The notes below the pieces were generated by a model. The model made no database searches. It was not told where the DNA came from and was given only the letters and a program-made list of their open reading frames with translations. DNA of 64,000 nucleotides. It comes from an uncultured Verrucomicrobiae bacterium. GTDB lineage: Bacteria; Verrucomicrobiota; Verrucomicrobiia; Limisphaerales; UBA11358. Positions 15,739 through 25,414 of the stretch are shown here, one piece after another. Positions within the stretch are counted from its first letter, which is position 1; the number at the start of each line of letters is the position of its first letter. The stretch covers positions 10,765-74,764 of the forward strand of contig CAVWKA010000002.1 in the NCBI GenBank assembly GCA_963755515.1. Direction: 5' to 3'. The translations under genes and the position numbers were made by a program.

Positions 15739-17115
15739 ATGTCGGCGCCCCCCGTATCGAAATCTCCAGAGACCAAGGAAGACGACGGCGCTTTGTTGCG
15801 TTTGCGGGAGGACTACACGCAGGCCGTGCTCGACATGTTCAATACGAACGCCGGGGCAAGCGAGCTTCGTCCGCAAATTGAAGTTGTCGGCCACACTTCC
15901 AATTTTCTCGACAACATGCGGTTGCCTGTCCACCGATGGTTCCGCTATAGTGCTGGTTTTTCCGCCGAATGGGTGAAATGGCTTCTTGCCGAAAGAAGCG
16001 GGGGCGAATTGCGAGTCTTCGATCCATTTGTAGGTTCAGGCACGACTTGTTTGGCGTGCGATGAAATGGCGATTCCATCCTATGGATTGGAAGCGCATCC
16101 GTTTGTGCATCGCGTCGCCCGCGCCAAATTAAGTTACGCTGCCGACCCGGAGCGGTTTTTGGCCAAGGCGGAGAATGCATTCTGCTTCGCCAGAAAAGCA
16201 CGCGGCGCGAATGGCTACCCGGAACTTATCCACAAATGTTTCTCAGCCGAAACACTCGACTCTCTCGACCGATTTCGCCGGGCGGTGGAGGCGGAACAAG
16301 ACGGCACACGCGAGGCGGAATTACTATGGATGGCACTTGTATCATCATTGCGAGTTGTATCCAAAGCAGGCACCGCGCCGTGGCAATATGTATTACCTGG
16401 CCGGCGCAAGACCACACCACCGGCACCGGAAATTGCCTTACGCCGGGCGGTTCAGATGATCGCCATTGACATCCGCTTTCTGGCCCGACGCGCCAAGCCT
16501 TTGGCAAAACTCCGGGTGGATGACGCCCGCCAATGCGCGACCGTTCCGAATGGTTGGGCCACACTTGTTATCACCTCGCCGCCCTACGCGAATAATTACG
16601 ATTACGCGGATGCCACGCGACTGGAGATGACGTTTTTGGGCGAGATTCGCGGCTGGGGCGACCTTCAGGAAAAGGTTAGGCAACACCTGGTCCGCGCTTG
16701 TTCTCAGCATGTCCCGCCCAACGCGGTAAATCTCGACGCGATTTTGGACTCGCCGGAACTGGCTCCAATTCGTGACGAAATTGCGCCGGTTTGCCGTGAG
16801 CTTTCATCCGTGCGATTGGAACGTGGTGGGAAAAAGACTTACAACAACATGATCGCCTGCTACTTCCTCGACATGGCAAAAGTGTGGCTGGCGCTCCGCC
16901 GCGTGTGCGCGTCGCCGTCCGAGGCATGTTTTGTCATCGGTGATTCCGCACCCTATGGAATCTATGTGCCGGTCATCGAGTGGTTTGGCAAACTCGCGAA
17001 AGCGGCCGGTTTTGATTCCTGGACATTTGAAAAACTTCGCGACCGGAACATCAAATGGAAAAACCGCAAACATCGTGTGCCGCTTTGCGAAGGACATCTC
17101 TGGGTTCGCGGATAA
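15739..17115 (+). CDS. DNA amino-methyltransferase (N4-cytosine or N6-adenine), type II R-M
   Basis: Start trimmed to ATG 15739. AdoMet motif DPFVGSGTT, then catalytic SPPY (TLVITSPPYANNYDY) downstream, which is alpha-type motif order. Confidence 0.85.
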   Translation: MSAPPVSKSPETKEDDGALLRLREDYTQAVLDMFNTNAGASELRPQIEVVGHTSNFLDNMRLPVHRWFRYSAGFSAEWVKWLLAERSGGELRVFDPFVGSGTTCLACDEMAIPSYGLEAHPFVHRVARAKLSYAADPERFLAKAENAFCFARKARGANGYPELIHKCFSAETLDSLDRFRRAVEAEQDGTREAELLWMALVSSLRVVSKAGTAPWQYVLPGRRKTTPPAPEIALRRAVQMIAIDIRFLARRAKPLAKLRVDDARQCATVPNGWATLVITSPPYANNYDYADATRLEMTFLGEIRGWGDLQEKVRQHLVRACSQHVPPNAVNLDAILDSPELAPIRDEIAPVCRELSSVRLERGGKKTYNNMIACYFLDMAKVWLALRRVCASPSEACFVIGDSAPYGIYVPVIEWFGKLAKAAGFDSWTFEKLRDRNIKWKNRKHRVPLCEGHLWVRG

Positions 17116-17125
17116 TCTGAAGATT

Positions 17126-18013
17126 ATGGCGGAATCACTTGCTCATCGCTGGGGACAAATCATTGGAGACGTTTTTGAGATGTTTGTTCGCAACATTCTT
17201 ACGGACGTGGCGAAACAGCATGACCTCTACCTCGACTTCAAGCGCCCTCGCAAAGCCAGAGGCAGCCAAGGCAAGCTGACCTGGCAGGATGGCTACGGAA
17301 ACAAACATGATCTCGACTACGTTCTGGAGCGAGGTGGCGACGAAGAGAGGTTGGGTGTGCCCGCGGCGTTCATTGAGTCAGCATGGCGACGATACACCAA
17401 ACATTCGAAGAACAAGGTGCAAGAAATTGAAGCCGCTGTTATGCCAGTGGCACTGACATTTTCGAGGCATCAGCCGTTCCTTGGAGCAGTGCTGGCCGGC
17501 GAATTCACCAAGAATGCCCTCCAGCAACTGGAATCAAAAGGCTTTGCCGTTCTGCATGTATCCTACGAATCCATTCTAACGGCATTCAATCAACTTGGCA
17601 TTGATGCTTCGTCTGAGGATGGCGTAGGCGGCACGACCGAAGAACAATTCCACAACAAAATAGCAAAATGGCAATCACTTCCCCAGCCGCAGTCAACCAA
17701 CCGGCTCCTGGCCAAACTGCGCACTCTTCATGAACAGGAAATTCTCGATTTCAAGCAGTGCCTGGAAGCTGCCATCATGAGGCGAGTGAGTTCCGTCCGG
17801 CTGACTGTGTTACGTGGTCATTCGGTCGAATGTTCCGACATCGAAAGCGCCATTATCTATCTGGTTGAAGAAGAAAAATCCTACCGCATGCGGGAGGACG
17901 GTGAGCAGCGTGAAAGTTTTGAAATTCAAGTCCGATTCAATACGGGGGCGAAGATTGAGGCTACGTTCCCCAAACGCGCGGAATCAATTGCCTTTCTGCG
18001 CAGCTTCACATGA
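17126..18013 (+). CDS. putative type II restriction endonuclease (cognate of the adjacent methyltransferase)
   Basis: 295-aa ORF 10 nt after the MTase stop, with visibly lower GC than its neighbours. Possible PD-(D/E)xK elements (HDLDYVLER, FIESAWRRYTKHSKNK). The assignment rests mainly on context. Confidence 0.55.
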   Translation: MAESLAHRWGQIIGDVFEMFVRNILTDVAKQHDLYLDFKRPRKARGSQGKLTWQDGYGNKHDLDYVLERGGDEERLGVPAAFIESAWRRYTKHSKNKVQEIEAAVMPVALTFSRHQPFLGAVLAGEFTKNALQQLESKGFAVLHVSYESILTAFNQLGIDASSEDGVGGTTEEQFHNKIAKWQSLPQPQSTNRLLAKLRTLHEQEILDFKQCLEAAIMRRVSSVRLTVLRGHSVECSDIESAIIYLVEEEKSYRMREDGEQRESFEIQVRFNTGAKIEATFPKRAESIAFLRSFT

Positions 18014-18201
18014 AAACATTTTGCTCAGGCTCCGTCGTTTCCTTTTTTGGCACTCCTGCCCTCTACGGAATCGAAATTGCGAAAGGACAAGTCTAAATAT
18101 GGCCGAAAATAAACCACCTGAATTCAGTAAGAAAACGTTGTGGACATTGTGGCAATGAATCGCACGGTTGCGGGCGGAGAGGACGGTGACTATCAAGTGG
18201 A

Positions 18202-18308
18202 TCGCCGAGCGCCTGCAAATGGGGACGTCCGGCTGCGTCAACGACCTGCTGAACGTCGGCGGCAAGGTGAAAGGGAATTAATATACAAATCTCAAGAATC
18301 CGTTTATG
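18202..18308 (+). repeat. right copy of the direct repeat bracketing the R-M cassette
   Basis: TCGCCGAGCGCCTGCAAATGGGGACGTCCGGCTGCGTCAACGACCTGCTGAACGTCGGCGGC...AATATACAAATC..CCGTTTAT. In one frame it reads LRAERTVTIKWIAERLQMGTSGCVNDLLNVGGKVKGN-stop, like the tail of a decayed gene. Confidence 0.75.
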
Positions 18309-18351
18309 GCTTTGGTTTTGTGTTGTACTTGGCGGATTGAAGAGACGAATA

Positions 18352-18400
18352 GGACGGAAAGGACGGATGGGACGGATGGGACGGATGGGACGACGAGGAC
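18352..18400 (+). repeat. 9-bp tandem repeat (GGACGGATG)n
   Basis: GGACGGAAAGGACGGATGGGACGGATGGGACGGATGGGACGACGAGGACGG. Same family as CACGGATGGCACGGATGGACGCGGAT at about 13135-13160. Confidence 0.8.
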
Positions 18401-18517
18401 GGAATGACAAGAAACGAGGGGACTGGGACAGCACCCGCACATGCTTGTTGCCGTGGGGATCAATGCCGCCCAGGCCGAAATTAACATGGCGACAATTGAG
18501 AAATCCGGGAATACTTT

Positions 18518-19903
18518 GTGGAATATATGTCCAAAACGTCGCGACGAGAATTTCTCGCCGGAGTCGCTTTGCTTGGCGCTTCATCACTTCTTCCTGGAAG
18601 CGCCGACGCGGCTCCGACGCCAGCCGGTCAGCCGGTCTCAGATTCCTCATGGTCCGCAGGCGACCGTCAAGAGGCAAGCGACCGGCTTCTTAATTACTTT
18701 GGCAGGACTGCGCCGCGGCTATTGCGGCCCGCCGAAGGCATCCTCTGGCATCCGAGCATTGCGTGCAGCCTTCCGGGCAAGGCCTATTCCACCAGCCTTT
18801 GGGACTGGGACACTTACTGGACGACGCGCGGCCTCTTCCGTTTTGCGAAAATTACAAATGATTCCGCGTTTCGGAAGAAAGTGGCTGAGCATGGCATCGG
18901 CAGTTTCATGAATTTCTTCGATCATCAATCGGACGAAGGCCGCATCGCCATCATGCTCGATGTGAATAATGCAGATCCGTTGGGATGCCTGAAGAAGGAG
19001 CGACCCAAATCACAAAACCAGGCGAAGCCAGTTTTCGGGCAGCTCGCCCTTTTGATCAGTGATGAAGTTGGCTCCGTGGACTGGCTGGCGCCGCACTTCG
19101 ACAAACTTCTGCAATTCCATGCGTCGTGGGTTTCCGGCAATCAGAGTCCGATTGGCCTTCTGGTGTGGGGAAACGACGTCGCCATCGGAAACGACAACGA
19201 TCCGACCACGTATGGACGGCCATTTTTTTCGTCCGCGAATCTGCTGTTGAATTGCCTTTTCCAAGAGGATTTGAAAGCGGCGATGGAGCTGGCCCGCCGG
19301 CTCAATCGTCCTGATGACGAGCAGCGCCTCAGCGTCCAGGCCACGACGCTTGGTGAGGAGATTCAGAAATATTGCTGGGATCCGCGCGATCAATTTTATT
19401 ATACGGTTGATGTGCAATGCGTTGACCGACGAAGGGAGCTAATTCCCAATGTGAAGCCGGGCATGGCGATGTCCTGGCATTGTTTGCCCCTACGCATCCA
19501 AACCTTCACTGGTTTTCTGCCGCTCTGGTGCGGTCTGGCTGAGCGTGCCCAGGCGAACCTGCTTGTGCAGACGAATTACCTTGGGGACGATCGCTTTTGC
19601 GGGAACTGGGGGGTTCGATCGCTTTCGTCAAAGGAAACCATGTATTGCATGGATTTCAGTTCAAATCCGAGTAATTGGCTGGGTCCTGTTTGGATCATCG
19701 TGAATTATTTTGTTTGGAAGGGGCTTAACGATTACGGGTTTCATGACGAGGCGGTGAAGCTGGCAGACAAGACGCTACGACTGCTGTCTGCGGATCTTGC
19801 GACGAATGGCTCGTTGAACGAATATTACGATCCGGACACGGGAAAGGCGCTGAGCCACAAAGGTTTTATGGATTGGAACCTACTTGTACTGGAAATGGCG
19901 TAA
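18518..19903 (+). CDS. TAT-secreted (alpha/alpha)6-barrel glycoside hydrolase, GH63/GH37-like (trehalase / mannosylglycerate-hydrolase type)
   Basis: Twin-arginine signal SRREFLAGVALLGASSLLPGSADA. WDWDTYW, GNWGVRSLS, NWLGPVWIIVNYFVWKGLNDYG, LNEYYDPDTGKAL and GFMDWNLLV match this fold family. Confidence 0.7.
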   Translation: MEYMSKTSRREFLAGVALLGASSLLPGSADAAPTPAGQPVSDSSWSAGDRQEASDRLLNYFGRTAPRLLRPAEGILWHPSIACSLPGKAYSTSLWDWDTYWTTRGLFRFAKITNDSAFRKKVAEHGIGSFMNFFDHQSDEGRIAIMLDVNNADPLGCLKKERPKSQNQAKPVFGQLALLISDEVGSVDWLAPHFDKLLQFHASWVSGNQSPIGLLVWGNDVAIGNDNDPTTYGRPFFSSANLLLNCLFQEDLKAAMELARRLNRPDDEQRLSVQATTLGEEIQKYCWDPRDQFYYTVDVQCVDRRRELIPNVKPGMAMSWHCLPLRIQTFTGFLPLWCGLAERAQANLLVQTNYLGDDRFCGNWGVRSLSSKETMYCMDFSSNPSNWLGPVWIIVNYFVWKGLNDYGFHDEAVKLADKTLRLLSADLATNGSLNEYYDPDTGKALSHKGFMDWNLLVLEMA

Positions 19904-19918
19904 GCAGGTTTGTAGCCT

Positions 19919-22675
19919 TTGGAAATGAAGCACGGATTAATTTTGATGTTGAGCACAGTCTTTCTGGGAGTGTCCGTGACAGCCATGACCGTTGGAAATC
20001 TTAAGTGCGAATATTGCAGCGACCCGATGGGTGTTGACGCGCCACAGCCGCGATTGGGCTGGGTATTGGAATCGGCCCAACGGGGCAACTTTCAAGCGGC
20101 GTATCAGATACTCGCAGCATCGAGCAAAAGCGAATTGAAAGAGAACCAGGGCGATTTGTGGGACAGCGGCAAGGTGGATTCGGACGAAACGATCCAAATT
20201 TTCTATGCGGGCATTCCGCTGAAATCTTCACAGCAGATTTTCTGGAAGGCGCGTGTCTGGGATGCGGATGGAAAAGTTTCCGACTGGAGCAAGGCCGGGA
20301 CGTGGACGATGGGAATTTTAAATGCGGAAGATTGGCACGCGCAGTGGATTGGCGCGGTGAACACCAATATGCCTTCGCTATTGCTGCGCCACGAATTTGT
20401 CGTCAAGCGAGGATTAAAACGGGCGGTGATTGACATATGTGGTCTTGGGCAATACGACCTGACGCTCAACGGAAAACCGGCGGACGATGATTTTCTTTCG
20501 CCTGGGTGGACGAAATATAACAAGACCTGTCTTTACGACACGCTCGACGTTACGAGATTGCTGCGGGCGGGCAAAAATGCCATTGGCATCGAACTTGGCA
20601 ACGGAATGTATAATATACTGGAGACGCGGTATCTGCGGGCCGGCTTGCGTCTTTATTCATTTGGCCCGCAGAAGGCCATTGCGCAAATCCGGCTCGAGTA
20701 TGCGGACGGTTCGGTTGAGACCGTGGTGACAGATCAAAGCTGGCGGCTTTCGCGCGGCCCGGTTACCACCTGTTCGATTTATTGCGGTGACAACTATGAC
20801 GCACGGCTGGAACAAAAAGGTTGGGACGAGGCCGGTTTTGACGATTCAGCGTGGGCGCCGGCCCAAATCGTCAACGGTCCAGGGGGCGACTTGCGCGGGC
20901 TTTCCTGCGCGGCGCCGCCGGTCCATTTTTTTGAAATTCACAAGCCAATTTCCTCACGCGCCCTCGGAAAGGGAGAGGTTGTCTTTGACCTCAGGCAGAA
21001 CGCCGCGCACGTCCCGAAAATATCCGTCACCGGTCCGGCGGGCAGTCGCGTGCGCATTATACCGTCCGAACTCATCGGCGCCAACGGGTTGGCGGACCAA
21101 CGTTCGATGGGGATACGGCGCGGAAACGCCATCTGGTGCGATTACACGAAGGCGACCGACGGCGTGGAGACATGGTCGCCAAAATTCTTCTACGTAGGCT
21201 GCCGTTATTTTGAAGTGAAATCGTTTCCGGCAAAGGGCGGGACCACATTGCCCGCCGTGAAATCCATCGAAGGCATCGTGGTTCAATCTTCATCCCAACC
21301 GGTTGGCGAATTTGAATGTTCCAACACGTTGTTCAATCGAATCCGCGACCTTGTTCGATGGGCGCAGCGCAACAACATGATGAGCATCATGACCGATTGT
21401 TCGACGCGAGAGAAACGGGGCTGGCTGGAGCAGGACCATTTGAACGGGCCGGCGCTGCGTTACGAATTCGACCTTGCGCAATTGTTCACCAAGACGCTGA
21501 ACGACATGGCGGATTCGCAGTTGACGAACGGCCTGGTGCCGACGACCGCGCCGGAGTACACGATTTTGCTCGACAGCAACACGCCGCCAGGCCGGCGGAA
21601 CAATTTTGGCGATTCACCCGAATGGAGCAGCGCCATGATTCTCGTGCCGTGGCAGCAATATGAATTCGACGGCGACCTGAACCTGTTCCGCATCCATTAT
21701 GACGCGATGAGCCACTATCTGGCCTACCTGGGGAGCCGGGCGACGAATTACATCGTCAATTACGGACTGGGCGACTGGTATGACCTTGGCCCAAAACATC
21801 CGGGCATAGCGCAGCTCACGCCGATTGCGCTGACCGCGACGGCATTTTATTACCGGGACGCTGAAATCATGTCACGCGCCGCGGCGCTGCTTGGCAAAGC
21901 GGAGGACGCGAGACAATTTTCCGATCTGGCGGGAAAAATCCGCGCCGCGTTCAACGAAAGATATTACGCCGCGACGAATCATTTTTATGCGACCGATTCA
22001 CAGACGGCCAATTCGATTCCGCTGGTGATGGGCATTTGCGAGCCGAGCCATCGAGGCGCGGTTCTCGACGCAATAGTTGCCGACATTGGCAAACGCGGCG
22101 ACTCGTTCACGGCGGGGGACGTGGGGTATCGGTATTTGCTGCGGGCGCTGGCCGAAGGGGGGCGCAACGACGTGATTTTTGAGATGAATAATCGGTTGGA
22201 CAAGCCGGGTTACGGTCTGCAATTGAAAAGAGGGGCGACGAGCCTGACCGAAGCATGGGATGCCGGGCGTGATTCGTCACAGGATCATTTCATGCTCGGC
22301 CAGATTCAGGAATGGTTTTACCATGACCTGGCGGGCATCCAGGACGCGCCGGGCAGCCCGGGTTTCAAACAAATTGTGATCGCGCCGCAGCCATGCGGGA
22401 ATGTAAAATGGGTCAAGGCCAGCTATGATTCTGCGCGGGGAGAGATTGAAAGTGACTGGAAGCAAAATGGAGGAAGGTTCAGGTTGCGGGCAACAATTCC
22501 GCCGAACACAACGGCAACATTTTTAATTCCGGCACGCGATGCGAATGAGGTTTTGGAAAGCGGCGGACCGGCCGCGAAGTCCCCGGGCGCGCATTTTCTG
22601 GGGATGGAAGACGGCAGGGCAGTTTTTCAGACGGGGTCCGGAAGATACAATTTTGAAAGCAAATTGATGAGGTAA
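19919..22675 (+). CDS. alpha-L-rhamnosidase (GH78)
   Basis: 918 aa with signal peptide. N-terminal LKCEYCSDPMGVDAPQPRLGWVLES...AAYQILAASS...GDLWDSGKVDSDETIQIFYAGIPLKSSQQIFWKARVWDADGKVSDWS is the classic GH78 N-domain. The catalytic-domain pattern REKRGWLEQD is also present. Confidence 0.9.
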   Translation: MEMKHGLILMLSTVFLGVSVTAMTVGNLKCEYCSDPMGVDAPQPRLGWVLESAQRGNFQAAYQILAASSKSELKENQGDLWDSGKVDSDETIQIFYAGIPLKSSQQIFWKARVWDADGKVSDWSKAGTWTMGILNAEDWHAQWIGAVNTNMPSLLLRHEFVVKRGLKRAVIDICGLGQYDLTLNGKPADDDFLSPGWTKYNKTCLYDTLDVTRLLRAGKNAIGIELGNGMYNILETRYLRAGLRLYSFGPQKAIAQIRLEYADGSVETVVTDQSWRLSRGPVTTCSIYCGDNYDARLEQKGWDEAGFDDSAWAPAQIVNGPGGDLRGLSCAAPPVHFFEIHKPISSRALGKGEVVFDLRQNAAHVPKISVTGPAGSRVRIIPSELIGANGLADQRSMGIRRGNAIWCDYTKATDGVETWSPKFFYVGCRYFEVKSFPAKGGTTLPAVKSIEGIVVQSSSQPVGEFECSNTLFNRIRDLVRWAQRNNMMSIMTDCSTREKRGWLEQDHLNGPALRYEFDLAQLFTKTLNDMADSQLTNGLVPTTAPEYTILLDSNTPPGRRNNFGDSPEWSSAMILVPWQQYEFDGDLNLFRIHYDAMSHYLAYLGSRATNYIVNYGLGDWYDLGPKHPGIAQLTPIALTATAFYYRDAEIMSRAAALLGKAEDARQFSDLAGKIRAAFNERYYAATNHFYATDSQTANSIPLVMGICEPSHRGAVLDAIVADIGKRGDSFTAGDVGYRYLLRALAEGGRNDVIFEMNNRLDKPGYGLQLKRGATSLTEAWDAGRDSSQDHFMLGQIQEWFYHDLAGIQDAPGSPGFKQIVIAPQPCGNVKWVKASYDSARGEIESDWKQNGGRFRLRATIPPNTTATFLIPARDANEVLESGGPAAKSPGAHFLGMEDGRAVFQTGSGRYNFESKLMR

Positions 22676-22944
22676 GAAGAGGCCGCATAAAGTAAAATCG
22701 CCATAATAAAGCCGGTTAACGGCACGAATGCAAAGTTCCCTACCCGCCCGTCTTAATGGCGGCGGCGGCGGGCGTTTCTCCGAGGAGGTTAATGCGCCTA
22801 TTTTTTTGGAGTTTTAGCTCGACAGACTTTTTGATTTGGATGATAAGATTATGCCCAATAAGGTCTGGCTTTTCTTCCCGGAATCCACGGGTGCTACGGG
22901 CGGAAGCGTCAATCTGCTGAATCCAAAACTGACAGGAGAAACGT

Positions 22945-25323
22945 ATGAAAAATCGCGGTGCAACTGTATTTACGGCGCTGGCTTTGCTGGCGCTCTTAAC
23001 CATAAACTTTCAACCCTCAACCGCCTTCGCCCAGAACACGGTAGTCACCTATCAGGGCCGGGTGACGGACAATGGGACGAATTTTAGCGGCGCTGGACTG
23101 TTCCAATTCGCGCTGGTGACCAGCACGAACAACGACAGCCAGGCGACCGCCGCCGCCAGCCCTCCCAGCGGCGGCTACGTGACGGTCATCAACGTGATTT
23201 CCGGGGGTGCTGGATATACCAATACGCCTGCGGTAACCATCAGCGGCGGGGGCGCCAGTACGAACGCGACGGCGACGGCGACGGTGAGCGGCGGGGCGGT
23301 GACGGGCATCACGGTCACCGATCCTGGTTTCGGCTACACCAGCACGCCGACAGTGGTGATTGCGCCGCCTCCGCCGGACATTACCTACACGACGTATTGG
23401 AGCAATGACGGCACGGGCGTGAATGGGAGCGAACCCTCCGCAGCGGTGGGCGTGGGCGTGAGCAACGGGCTGTTCACCGTGGGATTGGGCGACACGACGC
23501 TGGCGAACATGACGGGGCTTCCCGCGGGGCTGTTCACGCAGCCGGGGCTACAACTGCAAATCTGGTTTAATGACGGCGTGAATGGTTTTGCGTTGCTCAA
23601 TCCGTTGCAGGACCTCACGGCGACGCCTTACACGGCTTTTGCCAACAGTGCCAGTAATTTGCTGGGAGTGTTACCGGCAGGCCAGTTAAACGGCACGGTG
23701 CCATTGTCGCAATTGCCGGCGGCAGTGGTGACGAACGATGAAACGTCCGTGACGCTGGACAATCTCACTCTCAACGGCGTAATTACGGCAAATGACGGCA
23801 TCAGTATCATCAGCGGCAGTCTAAATCTGCCTAATCCGGTCACGGTTAATTCCGGCTTTGGCAGCCTTTTTTATTCCGGCAGCGCGAATGGCAATTTTTT
23901 TGCCGGCCTCTTTGCCGGCAATCCGGCCAACGACAACGGCGGCGACAACGCGGCCTTTGGCGCTAATGCGCTTGCATCCAATACGACCGGCTCCGATAAC
24001 GCGGCCAGCGGCTTTGACGCGCTTTACTTCAATACGGGAGGCGATGCGAACACGGCGGATGGATGGAAAGCGCTTTATGCCAACACGAGCGGGGGTCTTA
24101 ACACGGCCAACGGCTCTCAGGCGCTTTTTTCCAATACGAACGGAAGCGGCAACACCGCCTCCGGATTTGATGCGCTTTACGCCAACACGAGCGGCGAAAA
24201 CAACACGGCAGATGGCGGTCAAGCGCTTTACGGTAACACGAGCGGGGGTCGTAACACGGCCAACGGCTTTCAGGCGCTTTTCTCCAATACGAACGGCACC
24301 GGCAACACGGCCTCCGGATTTGATGCGCTTTACGCCAACACGGGCGGCGAAAACAACACTGCGGATGGCTGTCAAGCGCTTAACGGTAACACGAGCGGGG
24401 GTCTTAACACGGCGAACGGCTTCCAGGCGCTTTTCTCCAATACGAACGGCACCGGCAACACGGCCTCCGGATTTGATGCGCTTTTCGCCAACACGAGCGG
24501 CGAAAACAACACTGCGGATGGCGGTCAAGCGCTTAACGGCAACACGAGCGGGGGTTTTAACACGGCGAACGGCTTCCAGGCGCTTTTCGCCAATACGAGC
24601 GGCGGTCTGAACACCGCCAACGGCTTCCAAGCGCTTGACGCAAACACAGGCGGCAGCCAAAACGTCGCAATAGGCAATGATGCGCTCACCAACAACACTT
24701 TGGGCAGCGGCAACATCGGTATTGGATTTCAGGCCGGGGAAGCTAATCCCAACGACGCCAATGACAACATTGACATCGGCAGTCCAGGCGGGACTTTTGA
24801 CGGCACAATTATCTCTCCCGGCGGCGTCGTCCGCATCGGAAGCGGCCAAAGTGCCACTTATCTGGCAGGGAATGTCTATGGCGAGAGTTTCAATCAAAGC
24901 AGTGACCGGAACGCCAAGGAAAATTTTGCCGGCATCAATCCGCAAACGGTGCTGGCCAAAGTGGCGGAAATGCCCATCACCGAATGGAATTACAAGATTG
25001 ATAGAAATGTCGAACACATCGGCCCGATGGCGCAGGATTTTCACGCGGCGTTCGGGTTGAACGGAGGCGATGACAAACATATTTCCACGGTGGATGAAGG
25101 CGGCGTGGCGCTGGCGGCGATACAGGGGCTTAATGAAAAGGTGGAAGTCAGAAGTCAGAAGTCAGAAGTCAGAATCCAGAATCTGGAAGTGGAGAACGCG
25201 AAACTCCAGGCGGAGGTTTCCGATTTGCGGTCGCAGCTTGGCGGGCTGCGAGAGGCCGTGGCCCGGCTCACGGACCCATCCGCCAGTCCGGTTGCCCTGA
25301 ATACGCGACAGGAGGACAAATGA
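22945..25323 (+). CDS. secreted fibre protein ('tail fibre domain' type) with C-terminal peptidase-S74 intramolecular chaperone domain, paralogue 1
   Basis: Signal peptide; [16 protein letters not shown]...FQFALVTS head; two GGxGYTxxPxVTISGGG pseudo-repeats; about 15 copies of a 17-aa repeat NTAxGxxALxxNTxGxx. The C-terminus SSDRNAKENF..ITEWNYK..HIGPMAQDFHAAFGL..STVDEGGVALAAIQGL is the endosialidase-chaperone signature, followed by a coiled coil. RBS AGGAGA lies 6 nt upstream. Confidence 0.85.
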   Translation: MKNRGATVFTALALLALLTINFQPSTAFAQNTVVTYQGRVTDNGTNFSGAGLFQFALVTSTNNDSQATAAASPPSGGYVTVINVISGGAGYTNTPAVTISGGGASTNATATATVSGGAVTGITVTDPGFGYTSTPTVVIAPPPPDITYTTYWSNDGTGVNGSEPSAAVGVGVSNGLFTVGLGDTTLANMTGLPAGLFTQPGLQLQIWFNDGVNGFALLNPLQDLTATPYTAFANSASNLLGVLPAGQLNGTVPLSQLPAAVVTNDETSVTLDNLTLNGVITANDGISIISGSLNLPNPVTVNSGFGSLFYSGSANGNFFAGLFAGNPANDNGGDNAAFGANALASNTTGSDNAASGFDALYFNTGGDANTADGWKALYANTSGGLNTANGSQALFSNTNGSGNTASGFDALYANTSGENNTADGGQALYGNTSGGRNTANGFQALFSNTNGTGNTASGFDALYANTGGENNTADGCQALNGNTSGGLNTANGFQALFSNTNGTGNTASGFDALFANTSGENNTADGGQALNGNTSGGFNTANGFQALFANTSGGLNTANGFQALDANTGGSQNVAIGNDALTNNTLGSGNIGIGFQAGEANPNDANDNIDIGSPGGTFDGTIISPGGVVRIGSGQSATYLAGNVYGESFNQSSDRNAKENFAGINPQTVLAKVAEMPITEWNYKIDRNVEHIGPMAQDFHAAFGLNGGDDKHISTVDEGGVALAAIQGLNEKVEVRSQKSEVRIQNLEVENAKLQAEVSDLRSQLGGLREAVARLTDPSASPVALNTRQEDK
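24151..24609 (+). repeat. 3 x 153-bp near-identical tandem super-repeat (each 3 x 51 bp) inside fibre gene 1
   Basis: Units start at 24151, 24304 and 24457 (AACAC(C/G)GCCTCCGGATTTGATGCGCTTT...). They encode NTASGFDALYANTSGENNTADGGQAL.GNTSGG.NTANGFQALFSNTNGTG. Confidence 0.85.
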
Positions 25324-25414
25324 AAACAGGAGGTAGCGTGACCGGGTAGCGACACGGACGCACCGGAAGATTGGATGGGGGGCGCTTGATTTGGGAACGC
25401 GAGTTTGCGCGGAT

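Noticed and set aside
18093-18677. 194-aa minus-strand ORF and 118-aa + ORF over 18337..18693
   Set aside because: Both span the (GGACGGATG)n tandem repeat (RPIRPIRPIRP / GRMGRMGRMG translations) and overlap the TAT signal region of the hydrolase gene. There are no supporting motifs.
22819-22850. Sigma-70-like promoter upstream of fibre gene 1 (TCGACA ... TAAGAT/GATAAG)
   Set aside because: Both hexamers deviate from consensus and the spacing is ambiguous (17 or 19 nt). It is too weak to call from sequence alone, unlike the TTGACA-17-TATACT site before paralogue 2.
23821-25080. 419-aa minus-strand ORF (and 250-aa + strand ORF 23858..24610) inside fibre gene 1
   Set aside because: Both are by-products of the 51-bp periodic repeat, which lacks stops in several frames. 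Their translations are monotonous (RVK.., TRPTA..) repeats. The frame encoding NTAxGxxAL repeats is continuous with the signal peptide and the S74 domain.
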